NCBI RefSeq assembly: GCF_041956535.1
Contig: NW_027192200.1
Span: forward strand, 632,024 to 696,023
DNA from: Calcarisporiella thermophila CBS 279.70
Taxonomy: Eukaryota > Fungi > Calcarisporiellomycota
Direction: 5' to 3'
Length of the DNA: 64,000 nt
Of the stretch, positions 53,036 to 64,000 are shown in pieces. Below the pieces are notes generated by a model, which saw only the letters and a list, made by a program, of their open reading frames with translations, did no database searches and was not told the DNA's origin. The translations under genes were made by a program, and so were the position numbers. Within the stretch, counting starts at the first letter, position 1, and each line of letters begins with the position of its first letter.

Positions 53036-54872
53036 TGATCGCTGGACCTCTGACATGCACCTGCTATTCTTCCCTCTATCTCATTTTATGGTCACTTATC
53101 TATCTTATTACCAATCCTATTTTCTTAAAACCCCGCGTTTTCTCATGTTTGCTATTGCGCGTCTCCCTACTTATGTTTTTCTCTACTCTTTCCTTCATGC
53201 CTGTTTCAATAAATCATTTTTAATGTGTCTACTTTAGTATGTTTATAATAAAATCCCTCCTGGTGTATGAAGCGATAGTAGCAGTTGCTGGTCCCACCGC
53301 CAAGTGCACCGCAATCCACCTGGAAGCGTGGTTTAACCACCAATTCCTCACAGTCGAACACGCCGTGGCTCCCTCCGGCGCCTAGGCTGCGTGCTAGTTT
53401 CCATTGTCAAAATCACAATATGCACCGCGTTTAAACAACACCCAATCTGGAGGTGGGAAACTCTACCGAACTGCCGCAAATGTGAGAGGTTTATTTTTGA
53501 ATTGAGGTCACCACAGCTTGGCCAAGACGCAAAGAAAAATATGCATTCATAGTGTGCTTGCATTTTATGCGCGCAGAATACAAGGGGTTCGAGATGGAAT
53601 TTTCAGATTAAGCTCACTTCATATTACGATGGGGCTTAGTAGCTCACTGTGAAAATCGATTCATTTTTCAATCCGCGCACGCCCAGGTTTGTGCCGTGAA
53701 TAGGGGCAAGAGATTTTTCAAAAAGAGGGGCTGAACATCTTGCAAATCATGAGCACACGATACTGTGTTTTGAAATCGCCAAGTTCTTTGTCTTATGATC
53801 TGTTGCAACCTGCAATATCGCTGCAGAAAGCCAAGAATGATTGAATCGTGACTATTTTCAGCATTTTCAGCATTTTCAACATATTAATTATCTGACTGCA
53901 AAAGGAGAGTGTAGGTACTGTCAAAAATATCCCTGCGGAATATCGCAAATAATAATTAGATCTGTTCTTCTTTTGTCAGAACAGCGTGAGCAGCCGGTGG
54001 CCACTTTCTGAAGTTTTTCGATGGCCACAGTATATCAAAGTGTGCTTTTACACTTGTGATTACCAAAGCCGCCTCTAGACTCTGGAGGACTATATCCACG
54101 TAATTAACCATCACAACAATATATAACAATGCAGCTATCTCCTGCATATCCTTTCCATTGCTCGCCTACCTATGGAACAGAACTAGTAGTCAAAGTCACT
54201 ATCCCATCTTCATTAACTTTAAACCTGTGGAGTTCTAACCCTATTTGCTTTAGGCGATAAGCTTTTTATTTTGCGTGAGCTCGAATCTGGATCCTCGGTC
54301 AAAGGCCCGTCTGTTCCCTCTCCCCCATTGCAAGCGCGAAAATCATGCTCGAAATACCAATAAGGCCATTGGCTCTAGCTATGTCTTACTTGTAAGCCCT
54401 CTCTAGCGCCTGATGACGCCTTTACCTTATTTCCATAAAGAAGTCAGTCGCACATCATTAATTCAGAATAGTTTTTGCCCTATTGCCTGTATAGTCAGAT
54501 CCAAGTACATTACGCGGTGACTTCAAAGATAAGCGTTTTCGTCTAGTCATTATCAGGCGGAGAGCAACTTGCTTCCTCCCTCATTCTTTCTGGGTGAGAG
54601 AAACTTGGAGCGCATAGGAGGGGAATGTCTACGCACCTGAAATTCTATCCTAAATACGACCATCAATTCAAAATTTTCTAGGATTTCAAATCATATTGTA
54701 TGCTCTCGTCTACCCGATCTCAAGATTACTTTGATGAGATAATTGGCGAAGTGAAAGGAAATAGTATAATTATTTTCCACAAAAAGCAGCATTCTTAACC
54801 TCCGAATATTATCTAGCTTTGCGAACGGATCTCTGGAAAATCGGCATCGTTCAACTTAAATTGTGAGCTGGG

Positions 54873-55095
54873 ATTTAAATTGTCAAGTCCTTCCTCCAGT
54901 ACCCCGTAAAGATATGGGTGTATTCAAGCCCTGACCGCTTCAATTCGGTGGCAAACCTATTCTTAACTTCAAAGATACTATAGAACTGGTTTTCATCCAC
55001 GACTGAATTGATACCGATTTAAGAGGGAATAAACCGCTTAACTCCCACATCTTTAGCAGCCTTCAACAATGCAAGCTGGGGATTCCCAATACCAC
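54873..55095 (-). pseudogene. NmrA-like/isoflavone-reductase-family oxidoreductase pseudogene fragment
   Basis: QLALLKAAKDVGVKRFIPS*IG...IFEVKNRFATELKRSGLEYTHIFTGYW. TAA at 55019-55021 replaces the Glu of the VKRFxPSEFG motif; no intact N- or C-terminal exons were found. Confidence 0.72.
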
Positions 55096-55633
55096 TGTAA
55101 CTGGTAGTTCTCAATCGTTTGTCATCACGCAGTTCAGCTTCATAGTTTGTGTATTTCACTAAGCAGATATTTCTATTTGTACCAGGGTAAGGCTATTAAT
55201 TGCTGGCATGCCGGGCATTCTGCTCTCTCTCAAGTTTGAAGCTAAGGGATAAGGGAAGTATTGGAAGCATCCGAGATATCCGTGGCCTATCAAAATAAGA
55301 TACGATACCTTTCAGCAATTATATACTTGATTACTGGCATCAAAACCTGAGGCTGTTGAAGAAAGTTACTTTCTAAGGTAGGCCTTTGATGTCAGTAGTC
55401 AGGAGTGACCTAGTCGACTTAAACCTAATATTGCAACTCCGCCACACCTCCCACCCTATCCATTTCCCGCAGTTCTACCAAATGTACAATATAAAGATGC
55501 TACAGAAAAGCTTGTGAGCTGCAGCAACTCTTTGCCTAGCGCTCCTTAAGCGTGATATCGAACGGGCCGTAACTCTCGATCGTCAGCCTCAGCTTGAAGG
55601 GACCATAGGCTCGTGCAGTACCCGCGAGAAAAC

Positions 55634-57209
55634 ATGCTATTCACCAGGCAAGTTGCAGCTGTGTATGGCTTTGGGTTCTTCGTGCTTGCAGCGTTGAATT
55701 TGACTCGCAGGCAATCCCAACCCCAATGTGCTTCGCCTCTCCCTTACGCTCCACTTACAAATGAGGATGTCGATTCGCCCATTTTAACAAACGCACTCTC
55801 CAGAATCCACCGGATAATTGACGAGGCTGCCAACGCCTCTGATACCGCCTCGCTTTCCGTAGCTATAGTGCAGGATCAAAGCGTCCTTTTGACTTATGGA
55901 AATGCAACCTCATACCACTCAATTGGGAGCCTCACCAAATTATTCGTGAGCCTTCTGATGATGCTAATGCGTGATGCTGGCAAGTTATCGCTTGAGGATC
56001 CCCTGACGAAGTATATCCCTAAATATCGTATTCGAGACCCTTATCTCGGTCGCGATGCCGATCCTCCTACTCTTCGTATGCTAGCAGCGCACACTTCTGG
56101 ACTTCTGCGAGATGCTCCCTATTCGAAAAATTATTCAGAGGCCGATATGCTAGCATATCTTGCAACTGTAAATCTCCTCCGTCCCCCGTGGTCATCCACT
56201 CCTGCTTACTCCAATGTCGGCTTTGCATTGCTAGGACATGCTCTGGAAGCAGTGTGTGGTGGGAAATGGGGAGAATGCTTGAAAACTCAAGTGTGGGATC
56301 GCCTGAACATGAGCGAAACTGGAGCGGTAGCCACACGCGACCAACTAAGTAATTTCTCTCCTAATCCTTATGGAGAAGAGGCGATGCTTTTTGACATAGG
56401 ATACGGAAATCCTTCCGGGTCGATGTACTCCACCCTTACAGACCTTGTAAAATTTGTTAAGGCATTCAATCGCAATGACTTAGGGCTTAAGCCCTACTCC
56501 ATTGATGAGTGGACACACCCACAGATAACCTTACTAAATGAATCCAAGGCTTTTGGGATGGGTCTCGAGCTCTATAAACTAGATAACATAACAGGCTGGG
56601 TGGTAACAAAGAATGGAGCTGTGCTTGGGCAAACCAGTATAATAGCCTTCTATCGCCCACTGAAAATCGGGATAGTAGCACTGGTGCGTTTCATATCCAC
56701 AATTATTTTTCATCCATCTAACCAATGTTGCCAAATAGTGCTCGGGAGAAACAAGTTGCACTAATATTGGACTTGCCTTGCTTAAAGAACTCCACCCCGC
56801 GGTACGCAGGCAAATAGCTAGTGGGCATACCCAAGCAAAGTACACCGGAGTATATGCTGGTTCCGCTAACCATTGCTCATGGCGGCCTGGTATTCTCAAT
56901 TGCAGCGCAACACTTAATATTTACCTTCATCCAGCATCAGACTCATTGCTTGCCAATTATTCCATTAGCTATACCAACGTGTCCATTCAAAATCAGCCAG
57001 CATGGCTTATTCCGGACCAGAGTGATAAAGACATAGGAAGATTTTTTTTGGTAGATATAGCACAGGAATGTGTGGGGAATATAAGCTCCTTGGGGCTAAT
57101 AGCAACTCCGAAAGGAGTGCCGGCTGATCTTTTGAGGTTCGAAGCTGCTGCTGATGGCCAGCGGGTAGTGTGGGAAGCTTTTGAAATCTCTATGAAAAAG
57201 CTGCAATAA
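55634..57209 (+). CDS. Secreted serine beta-lactamase/penicillin-binding-like hydrolase, copy 1 (2 exons)
   Basis: Hydrophobic N-terminus; GSLTK (SxxK), LEDPLTKYIP, TLRMLAAHTSGL, YSN, PSGSMYST..DL, KNG; intron about 56684-56738. Confidence 0.88.
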
Positions 57210-58081
57210 GTATTCGCCTCAAGTCACATAAATTTTGTACTAAAACCAATTCAACATTATGGAGCATATGTGTAGTGAATTAAAACAAAAAGCTCGTAAA
57301 ATATCGTAGCCCTCCAAAGAACACATATGAACTATGGAGGCGAGTAGGGAAGAGATGGGAAATTCTTGATAAGGAGTATATAGATAGTCTATACACAAGC
57401 ATGCCGGAGAGGTTATGTGCTGTGTATATGGCCAGTGGGGAACTTACAAAGCATTAGCGAATATGAGATGAAAAAATCATTTTATCCTACTTGTAGCTAT
57501 TTCCAAGCTCATTAAATCAAAATTACAATTTTTCTTTTGTAAGAATGAATACCATCTATCCTCACATATAGTATAGGTTCGAAGTATTTTTCTTCCTCTT
57601 ACGAGGAGTTATTGCTGAAAAATTGATGTGAAAATGTTAATTATTAAATTTGGCTAAAATTTGGGCGCAAACTATAATTCAAGCGAGGTTTTCGATCCCT
57701 TTTTGTTTTTGGATAAAAATCATGCTCAGAGATGCAAAAACAATTACGGTTTCCTTTTTCTTTTTGACTTTAGATCCCTCCATTAGAAGGCATTCTTCGA
57801 AATTTCCACCACGCGCGCCCCAAGATAATTTTCCAATATTGCTTTTGAACAGCCTCTCTTTTACCTATTTTCAACCTAATAGTGTCTAGAAGAACCCTAA
57901 TTATTTTTCTTTGATATTGATAAATTTGAACTTTGCTTGGCATCTTCTTGGCCATACGTCCACGTTCTAATGTTGGTAGAGTATAAATTCCCTGAAAACC
58001 TCTAAATTTACATCCAGTAATATATATATTTATTGGACACCAAATAAGTGCTTCGGTCGCACGCATTATTCGCTAAAAATT

Positions 58082-59679
58082 ATGCTATTCTTTAAAGACA
58101 CAGTATTTTTTTCCCTTAGAAATGTTCTATTTTCGCTTATTTTGTTAAATTTCGCTCACGGACAATCGCAAAACCAATACGCGCTACCAATTCCTTACAC
58201 ACCGCTAGCTTCAGGAGACGTCAAATCGCCGGTATTAGTAGAGGCTCTCACAAGAGCCCATCAGATGATCGACAAGACTTTTAACAACACAGACTTTAAC
58301 ACAGCCTCTGTGGCCATTGTGCAGGATCAAAGCGTCCTCCTGACTTATGGAAACGCAACCTCCTATTACTCAATTGGAAGCTGCACTAAGTTATTCATAG
58401 GTCTTCTTATGATGTTGATGCGTGACGCAGGCAAGCTATCGCTTGAGGATCGGCTGACCAAATTTATCCCTACATTCCGTATTCGAGACCCTTATCTCGG
58501 TCGCAGTGCCGAGCCCCCTACTCTTCGTATGCTAGCATCGCACACCGCTGGGCTCCCACGAGATCACTGCCCATTAGACGTGCCATTTTGGAAAAACTAT
58601 TCTGAAGCCGATGTACTAGCATATCTTGCGAATACAAGTCTCCTCCGCCCCCCGTGGTCCTCCACTCCCTCCTACTCCAATCTCGGGATAGCATTGCTAG
58701 CACATGCTCTGGAAACAGTGTGTGGTGGAACATGGGGAGAATGCTTGAAAACTCATGTGTGGGATCCCCTAGACATGGGCGAAACTGGAGCGGTGGCAAC
58801 CCGCGACCAACTGAGCAACTTTGCTCCAAACCCCTATGGAGAAGCGGCCAAGCTCTTCGATATTGGCTATGCAAATCCATCTGGCTCAATGTACTCCACC
58901 CTTACTGACCTGGTCAAATTTGTGAAAGCATTCAATCGCAATGACTTGGGACTGAAGCCCTACTCCATCGATGAATGGGCTCGTCCGCAGACCCTCTTAA
59001 TAGGAGGAACAAATGCATATGGAATGCCATTTGAGATTATTAAACTCGAAAACGAGAGCGAATGGGTCGTCACAAAAAACGGGCGTGTCCCCGGACAAAA
59101 CAGTATAATGATGTTCTATCGCCCGCTGAAAATTAGTGTAGTGGCATTGGTATGCTTTTTTTGTATCCATCCTTACCCTCCATCCGGCTTACATACTATG
59201 TCAAGTAGTGTTCAGGGGAAATAGACTGCGATACCATTGGCCTTGCTCTACTGAAAGAGGTTATCCCCGCTATTCGCAAGCAAATGGCAAATGAGCATGC
59301 CAAAGCAAAATACGCAGGGACATATGCTGGTTCTACTGATCGATGTGAATGGCAGCCTGGCAGTTCCACCTGCAACGCAACGCTTCATATCTACCTTGAT
59401 TCAGCCTCCGACTCGCTTCTTGCCGATTATTCTGTTAGCCTTGCTAATAAAACCGTACAAAATCAGCCAGCAGTATTAATCCCAGACGAGAGCAATGAAG
59501 ACACGGGGCGGTTTTTCTTAGTGGACAAGACAGCACATTTGGTAAGGAAAATAGGCTCACTTGGAGCCATGACGAATCCAAAGGGTGTGCCAGTCGACCT
59601 GCTGAGATTCGAAGCTGCCGAAGTTGGTATGCGGGTATTATGGGGCGCTTTTGGGATATCTATGACAAAACAAACATAA
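58082..59679 (+). CDS. Secreted serine beta-lactamase/penicillin-binding-like hydrolase, copy 2 (2 exons)
   Basis: Signal peptide (LILLNFAHG|Q); GSCTK, TLRMLASHTAGLPR, YSN, KNG; same intron position as copy 1. Confidence 0.9.
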
Positions 59680-60757
59680 AACAGAGTGCGTCGTCGTTAT
59701 TGCCTCTTTAACCCAACTCCTGCACTATCCTTGTCCAAGAATAATATTTTTATGATTCCATAATAGATATGATTATCCATTACTAGCATCATTGACTACG
59801 AATTCATCCATTTTGAAACCGCCATTCAAAAAATATATCTTACATACCTAAAATATTCCTCTATAACATCTAGAGCCACAACTTGTTATATGAATTCATG
59901 GCCTCCACATTGAAAGAGTCACTATATGGTATAAAATTCAGTTTTATAGTACCTGCATTGTCTGCCCTCACCCAATGACCCTTCATGGAGGAATTACGAG
60001 GATAATGCAAGCTAGATATAATCATTGAGAATGAACTCTCATTAGTGTATATTGTTAATGTTTTTATTCAATATTGGAAACATGACTAGATATAAACCAC
60101 ATTGTGATTATAAGGAAGGTGTTTATAGAATAATAGAACAAATTGAGATAAAGATCAAAACCTTTCGACATCTGTACTAAATAAAATGCATGTTTCGAAA
60201 AGCAACATCCACCATTTCCTTTTTATCATTGGTTATAGCCGCTCGTCATAAAGATAATCTCTTGGATTTCCTATCTCGTAGACCTAAATTACTTTTACAA
60301 AATTTTCAAGAAAATATCCCCATTGCAGATCCACATGGATAACAGTTCATAATACATAAACTTACACCATTATAGCATCGACACTATATTGGCAACATGT
60401 GCTATTTACAAATTGATTACAGTGCCAGTGTAGGTTATCATGTAGGCCAACCTTACTCTCACTCCCCTCCATTCGCTTTTCCCAACCTTCAAGCATTATG
60501 TGGGGTTAAGCGTTTAGGCAATTCGAGACTCTAATCTTTTTTTTTTGTTTGTTTGTTGGGCTAATGAACAGAAGCCAATGTTAAATATAACCCATTTCAC
60601 ACTCTTCATTATTAGATTAAATAACAACAATAAGAGGGTATACAAGAATCAGAGTGGGGCACAATTGCTAATTTGAATAAGCAAAAATGAAGAATTAGAG
60701 TCCGTGGTGATAAATTAACATTCTAGATGGGTAAAAAAATAAGGCAGATTAAATAGT

Positions 60758-61609
60758 TCAAGCAAGGCTTTCCGCCGTGGTCATTCGCATCTCAGGCAAT
60801 CGCGTTGGGGAACGCGAAGCAAACCGCCGTTCCCCATCGAACCAAAGCAAGAACTTGCCATACCAGGTATTATCGAAGTATATCGTTTTAACTACAAGGT
60901 GGTAAAATTTCCAGGTCACAAATACAAAAACCACTGCCACTGAGACATCCATTGTATAGTGGTAGGCACTGATCACTAAGCTGATGGCTCCAAAGATGGA
61001 TAATAGCACAATGAGGATGCACAACAAGTAATGGAGCAAACGGTGCAGCCCCAATGGATACTCGACCCAAACCAAGGCACTCACCATAAAAAGAATGGTA
61101 TGTCCAGAGTAAAATACATCTCCACAAGAGACCCGGGATTGTGATAAGAGCACCAGGGCGTCATACCACACTGAGTCTCTAGGACTGGGCTGGCAAGAAA
61201 AGAGCGGATTAGGCAACACTGTCATCACGATGAAGGGCGCTCGAAATAGATACATTGAACCGACGACAAAGAAGGCTCGCCTTGCAATGATGCAGGTGCG
61301 CCGACCCCCAAGAAGAATCCTCAGCAATATCAACCCGGCACAAACAGTGACCAATGTATCGGCCAAGTTGGTGGGTAGACCGGATTTTTGAAATCCAGAA
61401 TAAGTCGAATCCATTAACGGGTCAGGTAGGCGGTAACGTTGGCTTGCGGGCAAATAATTGCTACCATTCTTGCGATCCATGTAGGCGTTGGCCAAGCACG
61501 CCACGTATAAGCATATCAAAAAGTACACAAGGCCAGGGAATAGAGCATGCAGTCCATCTCGTGGGCTATACCAGGGTCGATAAGCTTTTATTCTATCTAT
61601 TACTCTCAT
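60758..61609 (-). CDS. Sphingomyelin synthase-like phosphotransferase (SMS/plant-type IPC synthase family), intronless
   Basis: LPDP, MTVLPNP, CGDVFYSGHT (D3 motif) and HYTMDV...YH (D4 motif); about six TM segments. Confidence 0.88.
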   Translation of the reverse strand: MRVIDRIKAYRPWYSPRDGLHALFPGLVYFLICLYVACLANAYMDRKNGSNYLPASQRYRLPDPLMDSTYSGFQKSGLPTNLADTLVTVCAGLILLRILLGGRRTCIIARRAFFVVGSMYLFRAPFIVMTVLPNPLFSCQPSPRDSVWYDALVLLSQSRVSCGDVFYSGHTILFMVSALVWVEYPLGLHRLLHYLLCILIVLLSIFGAISLVISAYHYTMDVSVAVVFVFVTWKFYHLVVKTIYFDNTWYGKFLLWFDGERRFASRSPTRLPEMRMTTAESLA

Positions 61610-62359
61610 TTAATCTTGGTCTAGAGAGGACTACTAGTTAGAGTTCGGATTGGCGGTTCAAGGGGATGAAATGCAATGGTGGGTAAGCATAAGAGAATAT
61701 GAAACAAGGGACGATTCCAGATATTAGAGAATATAAACGATGAAATGCGAGAAGTAAGACGATGTTATAGAATAAAAAGAAAACACTTTATTGCCGACCT
61801 TGTTTTTGGATCTATTTCAAGCTCCGGTCTTGAGTTACCCACATTAAAATTAATGTTCTATTCCAATTGTAAAGTCTAGGCTTGAAGCATTTGATTAGCG
61901 AGCACGGGAGGGACGCCAATTTCAGATAGTGTAGAGGGGAAACTAGCTAATGGATGTTGTCCAGCAAGGATGGAGATGACCATTGCATTGGGCTAGCGTA
62001 TATCTTACCGCCCCCTTAAAGGACGGATTTAAAATATGCTTTTCTCCTCATGACAACCGGTACAAAGCCACTTCAAAAAATGGCTGAAGTAATCACAAGT
62101 GTAAACTGTAATTTTTCATAGAGACAGCAAGCTTAGCTGCAGGAGAATACTAGGTAACATTGAGAATGAAATCTCCAATGCGGAAATTTCTTAAAACTGT
62201 TTTCATCTAGATTGTGCACCTTTTGACACCTAAGAAAATTTTTAGAGTACCACAGGAAGGGGGAAAATATAATCTCTTGAGATCCCGAGCCCCATCATAA
62301 CTCATGAGAATGGAGTATTACAATGCCTCCTGTATGCATAAGCCCACTAAAGCCACCTG

Positions 62360-62411
62360 CAGAAGCATGCCACAGAGTATGCCGGTGGGCATACTCTGTG
62401 ACACGCTTCTG
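62360..62411. repeat. Inverted repeat: 24-bp arms with a 4-nt loop and 2 mismatches, extendable to about 62351-62423
   Basis: cagaagcatgccacagagtatgcc-ggtg-ggcatactctgtgacacgcttctg. Confidence 0.9.
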
Positions 62412-63053
62412 TAATGGGTGGTTAAATTATAGAGAATTAGGTAGGGGTAGATGAAATCTCATTTTCCTTGGGCGACAACTAACCAGGCCAGAGAGTTCAA
62501 TATGGGGCTACAAAGTAGTATTGAAATCCTATCAATTTCAAAGCGCGCTCGCAAGCGATTAGTGCTCTTGGCTCTTTGGAAATCATCTATGAAGTGAAAG
62601 ATTTTCTTGGCTTTAAATTTTTGTCACCGAAGAAAACCGTTGATATAATAGATTGAGCGCATTCACATAGAAGCTCATAGGTAGGAGGAATTAGTGTATC
62701 ATCCGAGAGAATGCGAAGTCGAGCTCAAATGGGTAAAATCTAAGTAATTATCTCGTTCATTATATAAAGTAGATAGCAATGCAGAGAGAAATCATTGATG
62801 CTTGTAGATGAATTGATGCGCTGTTAATATGTTTATACTATAATATATTCTTCATATTATGTTGAGTTTCCTTCGTAGTTATAAGTGCGAAAGGTACACA
62901 TAATTCTGTTGCGAACACAAATATAGCCTATAATTATAGTAAAACAGTGCTATGCACTTAGGATCAGAAAAACCAGAATGCCTCCAAGCTTGACAGTAAG
63001 GGCTAATAAAATTCAATAATATTGAATTTGGGAGTTTCCAAGCTTGATCAGAC

Positions 63054-64000
63054 ATGGTGATTTACGAGAAAGAGCTGAGCAGTGATGAGCGGGATCATAT
63101 CGAGAGACTTGAAGAAAAGGTGTCAGTTTATATCTCACACCAAAAATTGGTTGAGGAGAGGAAGTCGATGTTTAAGGATGCCGCCAAAAACTTAAAGCTG
63201 AACGAATGACTCATAATCGATTTAAAGGAAAATTTTCACTTGGGGAGGTGGACCGGTCGAGACGGGTAAAGTGTTCTTTTCGAAGAAGCAATGCTCTTGT
63301 CTTGGAATGGTATTGCTTTCTCCCGATGGGAAGAAAGAATACTTTGATTTCTTCTCGGATATCCTGAGCCACGACGCATTTTACGTTAAAGGTTGCTTGG
63401 ATATTTTATTTTCGAAAATATCACTTGACGAGTTCGACATTCTTGAGGTTTGGACCGATTGTGGACCCCATTTCAGGTGCTAGGAATTGGCACAGTATCT
63501 ACTAACCGAATTTCCATCCAAATATAGCAAAGAATTACGATGGAATTTTTTCGCCGAGTACCATGGTAAAAGCTGGGTCGACAGTCATTTTGGGCTTCTT
63601 TCGCGCTGGTTCTCTTCGGTTGAATCCACGGTAGGAATCAACTCTGTTAAAGACTTGGTTTCTTCTTTTGAAGGCCGCTTGGAAGCAACCAACAATGGCA
63701 GAGAACCAGAGACAAAACTTTCGATAAAGTTTTTCAACTATGAAAGGGCCCAAAGACCCGAGACACTCAAGGTTTTGTCAATCAAAAACATTTCGACATA
63801 CTTCTCATTTTGTAGTAATAATTCAATATTCGCGTGCAGCTCCTCGTCACGAGACGGATGGGTACCGATAATACCGAAAATTCTCATAAAAAAGGACACT
63901 AGGGAAACAAAGCGGCCTCCAGCATCGAAAGAAGATAGCAAGAGGGTTCCCGGGGTTAAAAGATATCTATCTAGGGTTGCGTCGCTTGCGCAAGAGTTGG
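63054..64000 (+). mobile_element. Decayed DDD-type DNA transposase (Sola2-like), running off the window end
   Basis: H...F...NLKLNE*LIIDLKENF / frameshift about 63250-63270 / ...SDILSHDAFYV...VWTDCGPHFRC*...WNFFAEYHGKSWVDSHFG. Stops at 63207-63209 and 63481-63483. Confidence 0.68.

Noticed and set aside
53240-54200. Short minus-strand open frames downstream of PMP3
   Set aside because: No start or splice structure and no family motif that I could support.

Overview
Gene-dense, intron-rich eukaryotic DNA from an early-diverging fungus (Mucoromycota-like; inferred from gene content and short AT-rich introns). About 30 protein-coding genes were reconstructed by hand across introns, in order: mitochondrial carrier (partial), Arc1-type tRNA-binding protein, METTL14/KAR4-family m6A writer subunit, ENA-type P-type ATPase, SRA1/Sec31-C-like protein, Chk2-type FHA kinase, PSO2/SNM1, glucose-6-phosphate 1-epimerase, Sel1-repeat Dsf2/Nif1-like protein, AKR1, UDP-glucose 4-epimerase, a cyclin-like protein, an NAD-dependent epimerase, MED4, RSM27, ATP23, RRN7, a PPR protein, NHX1, a MARVEL-like protein, a rhodanese-PTP, a velvet protein, PMP3, two tandem secreted serine beta-lactamase-family genes and a sphingomyelin-synthase-like gene, plus hypotheticals. 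The ORF track misses or misreads several features. (1) An AT-AC U12-type minor-spliceosome intron (4342-4426) lies inside METTL14. (2) A two-exon 28-aa, 8-Cys metallothionein gene (3352-3504, minus) is divergent from METTL14. (3) There is a disabled YAP/HapX-like bZIP pseudogene. (4) AKR1 has a GC-AG intron. (5) There is an NmrA-like pseudogene fragment. (6) A 24-bp hairpin sits next to a decayed Sola2-like transposase. No tRNA, rRNA or CRISPR array was recognised. All family calls come from motif recognition by eye, not from database searches.
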